From Methanotrichaceae archaeon (lineage in GTDB: Archaea > Halobacteriota > Methanosarcinia > Methanotrichales > Methanotrichaceae), in contig CAVWIG010000018.1 in NCBI GenBank assembly GCA_963754945.1, positions 64,001 to 128,000 on the forward strand: a stretch of 64,000 nucleotides of DNA. The letters run 5' to 3'. The first letter of the stretch is position 1. Each line of letters starts with the position of its first letter. Of this stretch, positions 11,058-21,742 are shown one piece after another. The notes below the pieces were generated by a model. That model ran no database searches. It had not been told where the DNA came from and saw only the letters and a program-made list of their open reading frames with translations. The position numbers were made by a program, and so were the translations under genes.

Positions 11058-11585
11058 ATGATCAAAGGCCGGGCATGGATCTATGGAGACGATGTGGATA
11101 CCGATGTCATAATCCCTGGAAAATACCTGAGGACCAAAGATCTCTCACTCCTTGCGTCTCATGTGATGGAAGGGCTGGACCCGGAGTTCTCCTCAAAGGT
11201 CAAGAAAGGGGATGTGATAGTGGCAGGTCGCAACTTCGGCTGCGGTTCCTCCAGGGAGCAGGCGCCTGTAGCCTTGAGGGAGGCTGGCGTGGCGGCCGTT
11301 GTGGCCAAATCCTTCGCCAGGATATTTTATAGAAATGCCATAAACATAGGCCTGCCTCTGGTGGAGGCGGACGTATGCTGCGCCCAGGGCGATGCCGTTG
11401 AGGTGGACCTGGGCAAAGGGACGGTGTGCGTCGGGGACAGAGTGGTCCAAGGAACAAAGCTGCCCGGCTTCCTGCTTGAGATTCTCCAGGATGGCGGCCT
11501 TGTGGCCCACAGAAGAAAGAGAAGAAGCAATAAGGAGCCCCATGATTTTTCCCGAGGATTACAAGACAGTCGGAATCAAGGATGA
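11058..11585 (+). CDS. aksE: homoaconitase small subunit (LeuD family)
   Basis: [24 protein letters not shown]; the YLRT loop is the homoaconitase-type signature; start ATG 11058. Confidence 0.8.
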   Translation: MIKGRAWIYGDDVDTDVIIPGKYLRTKDLSLLASHVMEGLDPEFSSKVKKGDVIVAGRNFGCGSSREQAPVALREAGVAAVVAKSFARIFYRNAINIGLPLVEADVCCAQGDAVEVDLGKGTVCVGDRVVQGTKLPGFLLEILQDGGLVAHRRKRRSNKEPHDFSRGLQDSRNQG

Positions 11586-12356
11586 CGAGCGGCCTGGAGA
11601 CCTCATCTACTTCTCCACTGAATACCTGATATCCCGGAACGGGCCCAGGCTCTACCGGGTAACCAGCTCGCGGTAAGGGTTTCATGCGAGATGTGGAGAA
11701 TCTGGAGCTTATATCCTCAGGCTCAGAGATAGCCGAGTGGCCCGAGAGAGTGGACACCAGAAACCGTTCCCTTCTGATAGAACTGGCCTGTAGGCTGCGC
11801 CAGAAGGGAGTGAGAACAGTCATCTTCACCGGCCCTGATGAGCACGTCACCTTCGTCCACGAACCAGACCCGAGCGCAGATCCTAAACATCGACATCCTG
11901 GACGTCTGTCCGCCCAATCCGCCTTGGCTTGTGTACGTAATCGACCGTCTGGAGAGCTGCGGAGTTTTGGGAGACCTCACTGTCAGATTCAGGCCCAAGG
12001 TGCTGGATCTGCGAGAGTTCGAGTCCGAGAGCGTTTACTATCCATGCCGGGCTTCAGGCCTCGGCCGGTCACTTGACTCGGACCGGGTTGTGCACGGTTC
12101 CCCCCGAATCGTGGGCTGCGAGGTCTCCAGGGAGATCTTTCTTTCCACGTACCCGGGAAAAGAGCACGAGTTCGTGAACATCTGCCCATCCCAGAGCCTT
12201 GAGCCCGACGGGCCTTTCATAGCCAGATGCTGCCGATCGGAGAGAAGAGGGCTGACCCGGAAGAACGGACACCTGGGGGTAATAGTCCACTGGGGGGACG
12301 GACCCTACCAGATTTCAGAGGCCATAAGATGTCTTGTCAAGGCTCTAAGAGAGTAG
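11542..12356 (+). CDS. conserved Cys-rich hypothetical protein, split by two frameshifts (~11670, ~11875)
   Basis: [17 protein letters not shown] / [14 protein letters not shown] / ILDVCPP..YPCRASG..IVGCEVS..NICP..RCC..VHWG join into one ~270-aa protein. Confidence 0.7.
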
Positions 12357-13310
12357 CGGTCATCCGCGGAGACGGGATCGGCCCGGAGGTCATTGAGAGC
12401 GCCCTGGAAGTGCTGGAGGCTGCCGGCGCGGACATAGAAGAAGTGCCTGTGGAGATCGGATTTGGAAAATGGAAGCGCACCGGCAAGGCTATGACCGACG
12501 AGGATTTGGAGACCATCAAAGACTGCCGTTGCGTCTTGTTCGGGGCCATCACGACCCCACCCGACCCTAATTATAAGAGCGTTCTTCTCAGGTTGAGAAA
12601 AGAGCTGGACCTCTACGCCAACGTCCGTCCCTTCTCTAAGAGAGGATTAGACATAGTCATCGTTAGGGAGAACACAGAAGGACTCTACTCCGGCCTGGAG
12701 GAGGTGGGGGATGAGGAGGCACGAACGATCAGGGTGATCACCCGTAGAGGATCGAGAAGGATAGCTCTGAAAGCTTGTGAGCTGGCGGCCTGCAGGAGAA
12801 GGCTCACTATCGTCCACAAGGCCAACGTGCTCCACAGCGACAGGCTGTTCCTGAAGACCTGCAGGGACGTGGCAGAGAGCAGTGGTGTTCAATACGACGA
12901 TATGCTGGTGGATGCCGCCGCATATAACTTGGTAGTCACGACCCGAGAAGTTCGACGTAATGGTAACAACCAACCTGTTCGGCGACATACTTAGCGATGA
13001 GGCTGCTGGGGTCTTGGGCAGCCTGGGCCTATGTGCAAGCGCCAACCTCGGCGAGAGGTACGCCCTGTTCGAGCCCATCCACGGCAGCGCCCCTGACATA
13101 GCGGGAAAGGGAATCGCCAATCCCATCGGAACGATACGGAGCGCGGCCATGATGATGGACTGGTTCGGCGAGGCTGAGACGGCAAGAAGGATAGAGGAAG
13201 CTGTTGTGTGGTCTTTGGATCAGGGCATTACTACTCCGGACTTGGCAGGAAGTAACACTACAAGGAAGGTAACCGAAGCTATCGCCAACTATTTGCGAGA
13301 GATGGCGTAG
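12329..13310 (+). CDS. aksF: homoisocitrate/isopropylmalate dehydrogenase, frameshift ~12942
   Basis: GDGIGPEV, LDLYANVRP, RENTEGLY, HKANV, NLFGDILSD, EPIHGSAPDIAGKG across two frames. Confidence 0.8.
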
Positions 13311-13665
13311 CGAGGCATAAGTGAAAACTTCATCGCCTTAGTCTCTTTCAACTTTTGGAATTGCCCTTGCGATCTGTATAATCTAGAAGCTGAGAATAGA
13401 AGAAGAGGCCAACAAGCTTGCCCGGAAGAAGTGCAATGTTCTTAATTGATACAAATCCCTTCGCATCGGCTGTAAAGCGTGGAAAGACTAAAGCACTGCT
13501 GCCAAGGATTCTAGATCGCTGTCAATAGCATAGCCGACATCCATGGGCTAAAATGCCGGGCATGAGAGAACCTTTACCGTTGGTAGACTCAAAGCGATTT
13601 TTGTGGCATCGTTCTGTATTACATTGATATACTTGTAATACGAACTAAATATCTTGGTGGTTTGA

Positions 13666-13890
13666 ATCTCGACATCGGTTTCAGTTCGGCTTCCCGATGA
13701 CATTGCTCGCGGCATTGAAGAGCTCGCCCGGATGATCGATCGTCCTAAGACCCATATTATTCGAAAGGCCATTGAGACATATCTAGAGGAGTACGCCGAT
13801 TATCTCATCGCGCTGGAACGAAAGAATGACAAGGACGACGGGATAGTCTCCGCCGGAGAGATGAGGGAACTTCTTGGCCTGCAGGATTGA
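13666..13890 (+). CDS. ribbon-helix-helix (CopG/RelB-like) antitoxin
   Basis: Manual translation (ATC)STSVSVRLPDDIARGIEELARMIDRPKTHIIRKAIETYLEEYADYLIALER; overlaps the toxin gene. Confidence 0.8.
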   Translation: MSTSVSVRLPDDIARGIEELARMIDRPKTHIIRKAIETYLEEYADYLIALERKNDKDDGIVSAGEMRELLGLQD

Positions 13891-14128
13891 ATACAAATCT
13901 TCAGTCTCTCGGGACCTGAGACGTCTCGATAAAAATATAGCAAAGCGAATTCTCAAAGATCTGGAAGGGACGCTGACGGCAGAACCTGACGCGGGAATTC
14001 CGCTCTCAGGACAGTTCAAGGGCCTATTCAAGCTGCGTATCGGCGAATATCGCATCATTTACTCGAAAACCGTGAATGGTGTGCTCATTTTGAGAGTAGG
14101 GCATCGAGGTACAGTTTACGAAAGATGA
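13874..14128 (+). CDS. RelE/ParE family toxin
   Basis: LSGQFKGLFKLRIGEYRIIY...VGHR..VY. Confidence 0.88.
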   Translation: MACRIEYKSSVSRDLRRLDKNIAKRILKDLEGTLTAEPDAGIPLSGQFKGLFKLRIGEYRIIYSKTVNGVLILRVGHRGTVYER

Positions 14129-14299
14129 CCTCCCCAGGGAATAGAAAAGAAGCGACTCCTAGTTGTCGGCATTTACCGGAGGTCTTTAGCCCGCGGAAGC
14201 GGAGGCTATGGAGCCTGAGCGAAGCGGCGCAAGTCGCCGAATTGCAAACATTTCGAACCGAATCACTTAGACAGCACTTTGCCAGAGAAGGCTACTCAA

Positions 14300-14635
14300 T
14301 CACTGCTCGGATAATAATCGCAGGATATTCGATCGGAGATCAGGAAGCTCATTCTTGAGTACATCGTCCACAATTTCCCAGTCTACGCCAAAGTAGTGGT
14401 GAACCAGCTTATTTCTCATGCCGTTCATTCGCCTCCACGGTATCTCAGGATGCGCCTTCTTCAAGTCCTCCGAGATGCTCCTGGATGCTTCTCCAATAAT
14501 CTCCAAAGACTTTAAGCAGGCTCTGCTTAGAACCTTGTCCTTCATCAGGTCCTGCATCTCAAGGTCTGCGCAATTCTCCGTGAGGAAATCCATCTCTTCA
14601 AGGATGTGCTCCAGGAACTCTTTGTCTTTATTCAG
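14300..14635 (-). CDS. DUF86/HepT-type HEPN ribonuclease toxin
   Basis: LEIIGEA, PEIPW, MRNKLVHHYFGVD (Rx4H). Confidence 0.88.
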   Translation of the reverse strand: MNKDKEFLEHILEEMDFLTENCADLEMQDLMKDKVLSRACLKSLEIIGEASRSISEDLKKAHPEIPWRRMNGMRNKLVHHYFGVDWEIVDDVLKNELPDLRSNILRLLSEQ

Positions 14636-14910
14636 ACCAGATCACATCCTTCTCCACATACGGCCGGATACGAGAATGTAACCCTTTGACGGTGACTAGA
14701 TCCACCTCTTTGCCCAAATAGGTCTTCCAGGTAAAAGGATAGGTTCATGAAGTTCCTGAAGGTCGGCTTCTCGAACTCCACCAGGATGTCGATGTCACTG
14801 GACGCCTTCTGCTCGCCGCGGGCAAAAGAGCCAAAGAGGCCGATCCGCTTTACCGCGAAGCTGGCCTTAATGTAATTGGCGTGGCTCCTGAGAAGATCGA
14901 TTATTTCCAT
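14628..14910 (-). CDS. MntA-type minimal nucleotidyltransferase antitoxin (frameshift ~14713)
   Basis: LFGSFARGE..SDIDILV; the C-terminal KEVDLVT..YVEKDVIW continues in another frame. Confidence 0.85.
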
Positions 14911-15335
14911 TTTCTGTCCATCATGAATGGTTTTCTAACGCTAAAAGCATTGCTCTTTGCGTATCCCTCAGCCAACTCTGCCAACTCTCCGTCCGCAGGC
15001 CCACCACCCCTGCGCGCGTGGGCTGCATGCCTCCGAAAAGCAGGGCGAGCGGGCTAGCCTGCCCGGCCGGATAGGATGAACTGGTATGCTCCGATGGCTT
15101 GAGCCACCATCAAAAATGCCACCAGGGCTGCTAGGCATATTACCTCGTTTAAACTCATCAAAAGGAGACACTTCCCTTCGTTGAGCCCAAGAAGAATCGC
15201 CCAGAGATAATAATTGCGAGCCTCCGAGCATGCTACATTTTTGGCAATAGGTTCCCGAAACGATCCCTGCTGCAAGTCCGATTGTGTAGTCCCGATCGAA
15301 AGCTTTTTTATTCTGAACCCCCTTAGAACCTGGGA

Positions 15336-15599
15336 ATGAAAGAGGGAACAAACGGAGCGGAGAGCAGGATTCAGCAGCTCAAGGACAAGTTCGACCTCGA
15401 CGAGATGGTCGGAGATATAGGCATATCCACGCCTTCCATGAACGTGAGAGAGTATATCAGGGTCCTTAGGCTGGCCAGAAAGCCCGACAGAGAAGAGTTC
15501 ACTATGATCGCCAAGGTGTCGATAGCCGGAATAGCCCTAATAGGAATTATGGGGTTTCTTATCTACGTGCTGTTGACCCAGGTGCCGAAAGCTATCTAG
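15336..15599 (+). CDS. secE: preprotein translocase subunit SecE/Sec61-gamma
   Basis: EYIRVLRLARKPDREEF..GIALIGIMGFLIY. Confidence 0.92.
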   Translation: MKEGTNGAESRIQQLKDKFDLDEMVGDIGISTPSMNVREYIRVLRLARKPDREEFTMIAKVSIAGIALIGIMGFLIYVLLTQVPKAI

Positions 15600-15626
15600 A
15601 ATGGGTTTAAAAGCCAAGCCGGCTCT

Positions 15627-16766
15627 TTAAGAGCCAAGCTCTTTTGCATCGGATTTGTTCAAGGCGCGCAGAGTAGCGCCGAACTCGGACTCCACAATAG
15701 AGGTTACTCCCATGGTCTTGGGGTGAAGGTCCAGCTCTACTATAACATGGTCGTGTCCCATATCACGGAGTGGCTTGACCTGCCGCGGTCCATTGGTAAC
15801 AGAGAATATCTCCAAACCTTGCAGGCATTGAGCAGGAATGGCGTGGGGCACTCCCGAGATTACCGCAAAATCGTAGCTACCGTGTTCTTTGATGTATCTG
15901 GCAACCTTCTGGCCCGCCACAGGATACTCGTCCAGGCCTCCGATCAGGTCGAACTTGACTCCCCGATCAGACAAATCCCGGGCTATGTTCCCGGCGTCCC
16001 TCCGAACCTTGGGCAGGCCGACCTCCTGGTCCAGGTTGGCTAGGGTGTCTATCTTTCCGTCGGCAACTTCATAGACGGCAGCGGTGATATCGGCAAACAT
16101 GTAGGCTGTCTCCTTTTTGGCGTTGAGTATATTCAATCCTCTTTTTCCCTGGGCTATCAGCTCTAGTAGCCTTGTTGCCACCTGAAACTTGAGATCCCCG
16201 CGATCGGGAGCCAGATATTCGCTGCTTGCAGCACCATAGAGCCTCTCCACCTCGGTTGCCTTATCCAGAAGGACCTTCTGCCGGTCGAACTCGGTCTGGT
16301 CTACGATCCCCAGATCCAGAGCAGCTTCTAGAGTGATGATCACCCCACGGGTGTTGTCGCGGTAACCGGCGTGGACCTCCACTTCCAGAACGGGAACATT
16401 CAGGTCGGCTTCCAAAACGGCCTGGTGCAGATCCTCTCCGATAATCATGCTGCTGCAGGTTCCGGTTATTGCAATGAGCTTTGGATCGAAGAGCTCCTTG
16501 GCTTTCCTAAGCAGGCGGACTAGAGACTCCTGACCACCGAAGACGAACCCAACCTCGTCTAGGGCTGTTGTCAGCACGCGAACTCCGTCTTCCTCCAATA
16601 GCCTTGCGTGCTTGAAACAGCATCCGCTCGGGCCGTGGAGTATGACCACATCGGCCCCTAGGTCGCGCAGCGTGTAGAGTGCAGCTACGATGGAACTGGG
16701 CCTGGGGTGCAGAATCTGCATATTCTGAACCTCGTCTTTCTTGACTTCGCTCGACATAATCATCAC
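15627..16766 (-). CDS. cfbD: Ni-sirohydrochlorin a,c-diamide reductive cyclase catalytic subunit
   Basis: [48 protein letters not shown]. Confidence 0.93.
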   Translation of the reverse strand: MMIMSSEVKKDEVQNMQILHPRPSSIVAALYTLRDLGADVVILHGPSGCCFKHARLLEEDGVRVLTTALDEVGFVFGGQESLVRLLRKAKELFDPKLIAITGTCSSMIIGEDLHQAVLEADLNVPVLEVEVHAGYRDNTRGVIITLEAALDLGIVDQTEFDRQKVLLDKATEVERLYGAASSEYLAPDRGDLKFQVATRLLELIAQGKRGLNILNAKKETAYMFADITAAVYEVADGKIDTLANLDQEVGLPKVRRDAGNIARDLSDRGVKFDLIGGLDEYPVAGQKVARYIKEHGSYDFAVISGVPHAIPAQCLQGLEIFSVTNGPRQVKPLRDMGHDHVIVELDLHPKTMGVTSIVESEFGATLRALNKSDAKELGS

Positions 16767-18010
16767 CTAAAGCATTTGACGCATGAAAGCAACCTATCAA
16801 TTCCGCCCGAGGCCCTCGCCATTTCGATTCCAGCAGCAAGGTCGGGCGCTGTCTTTGCCTTGAGATCAACGGCCCAGGGAGCCATCCTATCTCCGACCAG
16901 GATCAGTTGACCGATCTCCGACCGACGTATCCTGAGCAGGTTTATCAACCTGGGCACGTCCATCCCTTCACAGACAGTCTCGGACTCCTCGCCCACTACG
17001 AGACCAACCCTGCCGCCCGAGATCCTGTCCAGAACCCGGCTCACATCGGAGACCTTGAGACCCGAGTTGGAGCTGTCGTAGATCTCCAGGCCTCCCTCTC
17101 TGGTGACTTTCATTCGACCGACAAATCCGTCAAAACCCTCCAGGCTCGCCGCGACCTCTTCTACACATACACCTGCGGCATGGCAGGCGGCAGCGGCAGC
17201 GGAAATAGCTGTTTCGTACCCGGGATAGTCTAGGTCCCGATCCAGCTCTAGGCCGACCGCTTCGTTTCCAAAGTGCAGTTCCTCCGGAGTTGCCCAAACG
17301 ACCCCTTCTCGTCCGAAGGAGACGTCTGGCGATATTCTGACATCTGCATTGGCAACAATCCTGGAGCCTTCTTTGGCCAGGGTAAGCATCTGCAGTTTGG
17401 CGGTGCTGGCCCATGCGGTTCCCTGGGCTATCCTGTAGTCTCCGGAAAAGCTGGTCAAGACGCCGAGGTCGGACAGGCCGGTGCCCCCAAGGGACACCTC
17501 GCACACCAGGGAGTCGGCCTGGTTGGCCTCGGCTGCTTCGACCGCGCGGATCACGTTTCCGGGAGTTATGCTCAACCCGGCCTGGACCATACGGCTCGAT
17601 CCGTTCGACCACAGCTCTATTCCGCGAGTGGTGTGAGAGACGATCCTTCTATTGCCGGAGAGGATCTTCGCCAGCAGCAACGCAGTGGACGTCTTGCTGT
17701 GGGTTCCGGTGACCTCGAACACCGGTAGGCGCGGATGGACCAGCTCGCCCACCGCCTGGTGATGGGTGATGATCCTCTTTCCGAGCCTCCTGGCCTCGGC
17801 CAGAGCCGGGTTTCCAGGCCCCAAGTGCACCGGAGAGACTACAAGATCAAAACATTCGAGGCCTGGAGTGCTGTGATAGACCTCGAAGGCATGAGCATCC
17901 ACCCCTGAATCCACCATCTTCTGGGCGATTACCCCTGCCCCGTGGATGGTGTCCAGCACGGCTACCTTAGAGCTTCCTCTGCACGCTTCAAGGCCAGAGT
18001 GGCTATGCAT
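16763..18010 (-). CDS. cfbE: coenzyme F430 synthase (Mur ligase-like)
   Basis: [15 protein letters not shown], EVTGxxxKTST, [12 protein letters not shown]; lies between cfbA and cfbD. Confidence 0.9.
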   Translation of the reverse strand: MHSHSGLEACRGSSKVAVLDTIHGAGVIAQKMVDSGVDAHAFEVYHSTPGLECFDLVVSPVHLGPGNPALAEARRLGKRIITHHQAVGELVHPRLPVFEVTGTHSKTSTALLLAKILSGNRRIVSHTTRGIELWSNGSSRMVQAGLSITPGNVIRAVEAAEANQADSLVCEVSLGGTGLSDLGVLTSFSGDYRIAQGTAWASTAKLQMLTLAKEGSRIVANADVRISPDVSFGREGVVWATPEELHFGNEAVGLELDRDLDYPGYETAISAAAAACHAAGVCVEEVAASLEGFDGFVGRMKVTREGGLEIYDSSNSGLKVSDVSRVLDRISGGRVGLVVGEESETVCEGMDVPRLINLLRIRRSEIGQLILVGDRMAPWAVDLKAKTAPDLAAGIEMARASGGIDRLLSCVKCFR

Positions 18011-18354
18011 TCGTCCATTCCAAGGGGCTCGGCGCAGAAGACCTCCACGCCTTGGCCTCCGATGTTCACCACGCCTTTTCTGCTCTTTTCATCCACTCCC
18101 AGCTCTCTGGGTATGTCCTCCTTTGTGTGAACTCCGTGGGCCAGGAAAAGGGGCAGAGCCACTATCCTTTTAACATTCGTTCCTGCAAAGCTCTGCAAGC
18201 CTTCAGGTATGTGGGGCTGATTGGCGTTGAGATAAGCTGTCTTCACAGGTCCGGGATGGCTCATGGCGATCAATTGGGCCATCTCCTCTACTAGCTCTCT
18301 GTTGTAGGGCAGGGTCGATCCGTGCCCCAGCACAAGTATGCCTACATCCTTCAT
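17962..18354 (-). CDS. cfbA: sirohydrochlorin nickelochelatase
   Basis: GHGS, PLFLAHGVHTKEDIP CbiX(S) motifs; heads cfbED. Confidence 0.9.
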   Translation of the reverse strand: MKDVGILVLGHGSTLPYNRELVEEMAQLIAMSHPGPVKTAYLNANQPHIPEGLQSFAGTNVKRIVALPLFLAHGVHTKEDIPRELGVDEKSRKGVVNIGGQGVEVFCAEPLGMDECIATLALKRAEEALR

Positions 18355-18381
18355 AGAAACACCAATGTTACTTTTCTCCGC

Positions 18382-18402
18382 TATCGTGTTAACAGCACGA
18401 TA
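18382..18402. promoter_or_regulatory. 7-7-7 palindrome (TATCGTG-N7-CACGATA) upstream of cfbA
   Basis: Perfect inverted repeat between the AT-rich promoter region and the cfbA start. Confidence 0.4.
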
Positions 18403-18481
18403 TATTCATAAGTAATAAACCCTTTCGGTAAAGAAGTCCATAAAAACGATCGATAGCAGCCCATGAGGAGGCCGCTGGCTT

Positions 18482-19018
18482 ATGACTAAGGGCTTAGATG
18501 CAAAGTGGAAATGCGCAATACTCTTGGCTGTGATTTTAGCGGCTGCTGGAGCAACTGTCATCCTGTCCTTTGGCGAAGGAATCCTTCTGCACACGCAGCA
18601 GCCCTACAGCATTTCGGATAACAGAACCCTCGTGGCTGAGGACGTCGATCCCTCGGCGGGAGTGGTCTGGTTGAAGCTATATAGCAGAAATGAGACCCTG
18701 AAATCCTCGCTTCTGGGGGTGGGTGGCCACTTCGATTACGACCATACTAATCTAACAGTGAACAAGATCTACGCAGGGGGTGAACGGGACTTGGTGGAGA
18801 TAGGGCTGAACAAAAGTTCGTCTGCTAACAGATCTGAGCATCTTGTTCCCGCTAACAATTCTATAAACAGCTATGCAAACACTTCTGCAAACATATCCTC
18901 AAATTCGTCTGTATCAGCCAAGGCCTCTGTGAAAAGCCCAGCCTTTGGAGCCCCGGTTTTTTTCGCAGTTGTCTTCTTGGCTCTAGGGGTTGCAAGAAGG
19001 GTCAAAAGAATGAAATAA
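18482..19018 (+). CDS. surface protein with PGF-CTERM-like sorting signal
   Basis: N-terminal TM, S/N-rich linker, SPAFG + TM + basic tail. Confidence 0.65.
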   Translation: MTKGLDAKWKCAILLAVILAAAGATVILSFGEGILLHTQQPYSISDNRTLVAEDVDPSAGVVWLKLYSRNETLKSSLLGVGGHFDYDHTNLTVNKIYAGGERDLVEIGLNKSSSANRSEHLVPANNSINSYANTSANISSNSSVSAKASVKSPAFGAPVFFAVVFLALGVARRVKRMK

Positions 19019-19065
19019 TTCCATAGACTGGATCCAAAAGGCTGGGAAAATCTTTCCCTGGCTAT

Positions 19066-19653
19066 TTATCTACAGGCTTTTTTGGCCGCGAAATACTTCT
19101 CGAAGACTGTGTGGATTTCTTGTGGAGTTTCTATCACAAAAACGTCTTCCATCATCCTCAGCTTCTGGACGTTCTCGGCGTCCTCTTTTCTTATCCGGAG
19201 GCGCATCTCGCTTCCGTCAGGCAGTCGGGTGGTCAGAATCCCAGGTTTGTAGTCGCAGGGCATTATGTATGTTGGAACGAAGGCCTTCTGGCTCATGATG
19301 GCAGCATTGGACAGCAGTGAGTCCGCGAGGCCAAGGGATATCTTGGCTACTGTGTTGGAGGTAGCGGGTGCGATAATGAGGAACTCGTACCTCTTCACCT
19401 GGAGCTGGCCAGCCAAAAATGGAGAGTTGGAGTTAATCTCCACCCAAACCTTGTCGAAGTTCTTTTCCAGGTCGTTGAAGAGCTTGTAGTACTTTATAAC
19501 TTGCTCCCCGGCCTTGGAGACGAAGACCCGGATGTCCACAACATCGTCGTACTGTTTCTGCAGTCCTTTCATGACATCTACGGTCTCTACGATTCTGTCT
19601 CCGCTGCCGGTTATCCCCCAGGCGACTTTGCGGCGCGTTCCCTCATTGGCCAT
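19066..19653 (-). CDS. afpA: archaeoflavoprotein AfpA
   Basis: VAWGITGSG, PATSNTVAKI..G.ADSL HFCD flavoprotein motifs. Confidence 0.85.
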   Translation of the reverse strand: MANEGTRRKVAWGITGSGDRIVETVDVMKGLQKQYDDVVDIRVFVSKAGEQVIKYYKLFNDLEKNFDKVWVEINSNSPFLAGQLQVKRYEFLIIAPATSNTVAKISLGLADSLLSNAAIMSQKAFVPTYIMPCDYKPGILTTRLPDGSEMRLRIRKEDAENVQKLRMMEDVFVIETPQEIHTVFEKYFAAKKACR

Positions 19654-19679
19654 GGTATCTCCTTCCTTTTAAAAGATAA

Positions 19680-20282
19680 TTATCTTTCGACATGGAAGGC
19701 CTCGGCAAACTTCTTGACAGTCTTTCTTAAGGATCTGAAACCCTCTAGGTCCTCCTTGACCCCCTCCAGGGTGTCCTTAGACCAGAAGGTAGCGCCCAGA
19801 TTAGCGCCGAAGAAGCCGCCGCTGATGGGCATCATGCCGTTCAGGATGTAGAATGTGTGGATCTGCTGGATAGTCAGTTCCTGCCCACCCATGCGGTCTC
19901 CGCCTACGGCTATGGCCATGCCGGGCTTTCCCCGCAGGACCCTGGGGTCTGCGGCTAGGGTGGCCCTGGTCCTGTCGATGACGGCCTTCGTTTGCGCGGA
20001 AAGGCCGCCATTGTAAACCGGCGTGGCAATCACGAACCCTTCGGCCTCCCTGAACAGAGGATAGAGCTGGTACATGTCATCCTTGACCACGCACTCCTTG
20101 TTCTTGAGGCAGTAATCGCAGTGTTTGCATGGGTTGATGTTCTTTCCACGGACCGAGAAGAGCGAGGTCTGAAAGCCTCTCTCCTCCAGCATCTTCAGGG
20201 CTTCGCTCAGGACGTAATCGGTAGCCATCTTGCGCGGACTGCCGCATATACCAAGGATCATGACAATTCTGTAGGCCTGCAA
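19680..20282 (-). CDS. iron-sulfur flavoprotein (Isf/flavodoxin family)
   Basis: GSPR, CKHCDYC-x5-C, TPVYNG, GGQE. Confidence 0.88.
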   Translation of the reverse strand: MQAYRIVMILGICGSPRKMATDYVLSEALKMLEERGFQTSLFSVRGKNINPCKHCDYCLKNKECVVKDDMYQLYPLFREAEGFVIATPVYNGGLSAQTKAVIDRTRATLAADPRVLRGKPGMAIAVGGDRMGGQELTIQQIHTFYILNGMMPISGGFFGANLGATFWSKDTLEGVKEDLEGFRSLRKTVKKFAEAFHVER

Positions 20283-20407
20283 AATATTTCAGGTTTGTCC
20301 AGGAGCATTACTGAGTGTATTCAAATAGCGGTTAGAAAGGGCTGATCCAAAAATAGGCTCGGGAATCATACAATACAGCTCAACAACAGAAAAAGGGGAT
20401 GGAGATA

Positions 20408-20617
20408 TCACAGACCCTCTTCTCGCTCTGCGAGCCGCTGTCTGATCATCTCATCAACCTCTGATGATGAGGTGTCGAAGACCTCGCCGAGGATCTCCTT
20501 CGCGGTCTCGAGCTGCATGATCGGCAGATCGATTCTGCGCATGCGCAGAGGTACACAAGGGCCATACGGCAGCCTCTTATTTAGAGGCCATCTCAGGTGC
20601 TCAAGAACTCCTCCCAT
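20408..20617 (-). CDS. small hypothetical protein
   Basis: ATG ORF with helical acidic C-terminus and upstream TTTA promoter. Confidence 0.5.
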   Translation of the reverse strand: MGGVLEHLRWPLNKRLPYGPCVPLRMRRIDLPIMQLETAKEILGEVFDTSSSEVDEMIRQRLAEREEGL

Positions 20618-21049
20618 AGTACAAGCATAGTGCGTGTAAGCATAAATACCTTACTGGTTAAAATGATAACGGTAAATCATTTTTTGGATTAATGAAAGTA
20701 TGTATAACATACAAAGAAAATCCTAAAAATGACCGGATAATGATCCCTTCTTAGGAGGTCCGAGGTTTTGCTATGCTGGAATAGAAGTATGCTGAATATA
20801 GGTTAAAAAGTCCTGGGAGGCAGGGCGAAAGTGAAGGCAGATACGGAAGAGCCTGGCTGATGCTAGTAAGCTATTTGGTCAGAGCATAAGTAAGACCTTC
20901 AGAATTGATTTTAAGGCCGGATTGCGGGCCCAAGAATAGTCGGATTTCCCAAATATCGCAAGAATCAAGCTATCATAGCCAACGCAAACCCTAGACTGGC
21001 TTAATGAAATTACTAATGATAGTTCAATTTCTTCGGGTTGGAGATCGAA

Positions 21050-21742
21050 TTATGGCGTCCCCTCTGACCTCGGTGTCTCCAGCAGCATCTCCTGCACCCA
21101 GTCCCAGTCATGGTCGTAGATATGGGCCGAGGCGCTGGTGGTGGAGATCGACCCTGGAATTGCGCCCACCTCGCAGGAGACAAACTGCAGGACTCTGGCT
21201 AAGCCGTAGAGGTTGGCCGGATAAGCGCCGGCGAAGTCATGGCTCCTGAAGAAGATCGCCAGGTTCAGCTTTCCGTCGCGAAGCTTGAAGTCATCAACGA
21301 TCATGCATGGAACCTCGTCTCTGGCGTTGTCTACAGGTGGTATCCATGTGACGGCCGTTGCGCGTCTGGTCGAGGGCGATGCCTTCAGGCGGCGGATGAC
21401 ATGCCGGAGTTGATCGACTGAGTCGGATGAAGTCGGACACGTCTCATCATCAGGAACCTTCCAGCTCCGCAGCCGCTCGCCATAGGTGTACTCGAAGCCG
21501 GGGTTCTCTCCGCTAAGGAGCTGAGCTGCATAATCCTCCAAACGCTCCTGGTTCCAGGAGTACTCGTAAGGGATCATCTCCCGGTAGGGGTCCTCCACCA
21601 CAACCTGAAGGGCTAGAAGCTCCTTTATCTTGGTCCCACGCTCGTCTGTAAGCTCTTGCCCTTGCCTCCAAATAAGGTTAAGGCCCCTGTGCCATGCATC
21701 GGTGATGGTCTTGCCGCGTATGAACCTGCCAACTTTTACCAT
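21050..21742 (-). CDS. thyA: thymidylate synthase (archaeal type)
   Basis: YTYGERL, TRRA, VPCM, FRSHD, SAHIY. Confidence 0.92.
   Translation of the reverse strand: MVKVGRFIRGKTITDAWHRGLNLIWRQGQELTDERGTKIKELLALQVVVEDPYREMIPYEYSWNQERLEDYAAQLLSGENPGFEYTYGERLRSWKVPDDETCPTSSDSVDQLRHVIRRLKASPSTRRATAVTWIPPVDNARDEVPCMIVDDFKLRDGKLNLAIFFRSHDFAGAYPANLYGLARVLQFVSCEVGAIPGSISTTSASAHIYDHDWDWVQEMLLETPRSEGTP

Noticed and set aside
14968-15351. ORFs upstream of secE
   Set aside because: No recognisable motifs or RBS; overlapping frames look like noise or a decayed fragment
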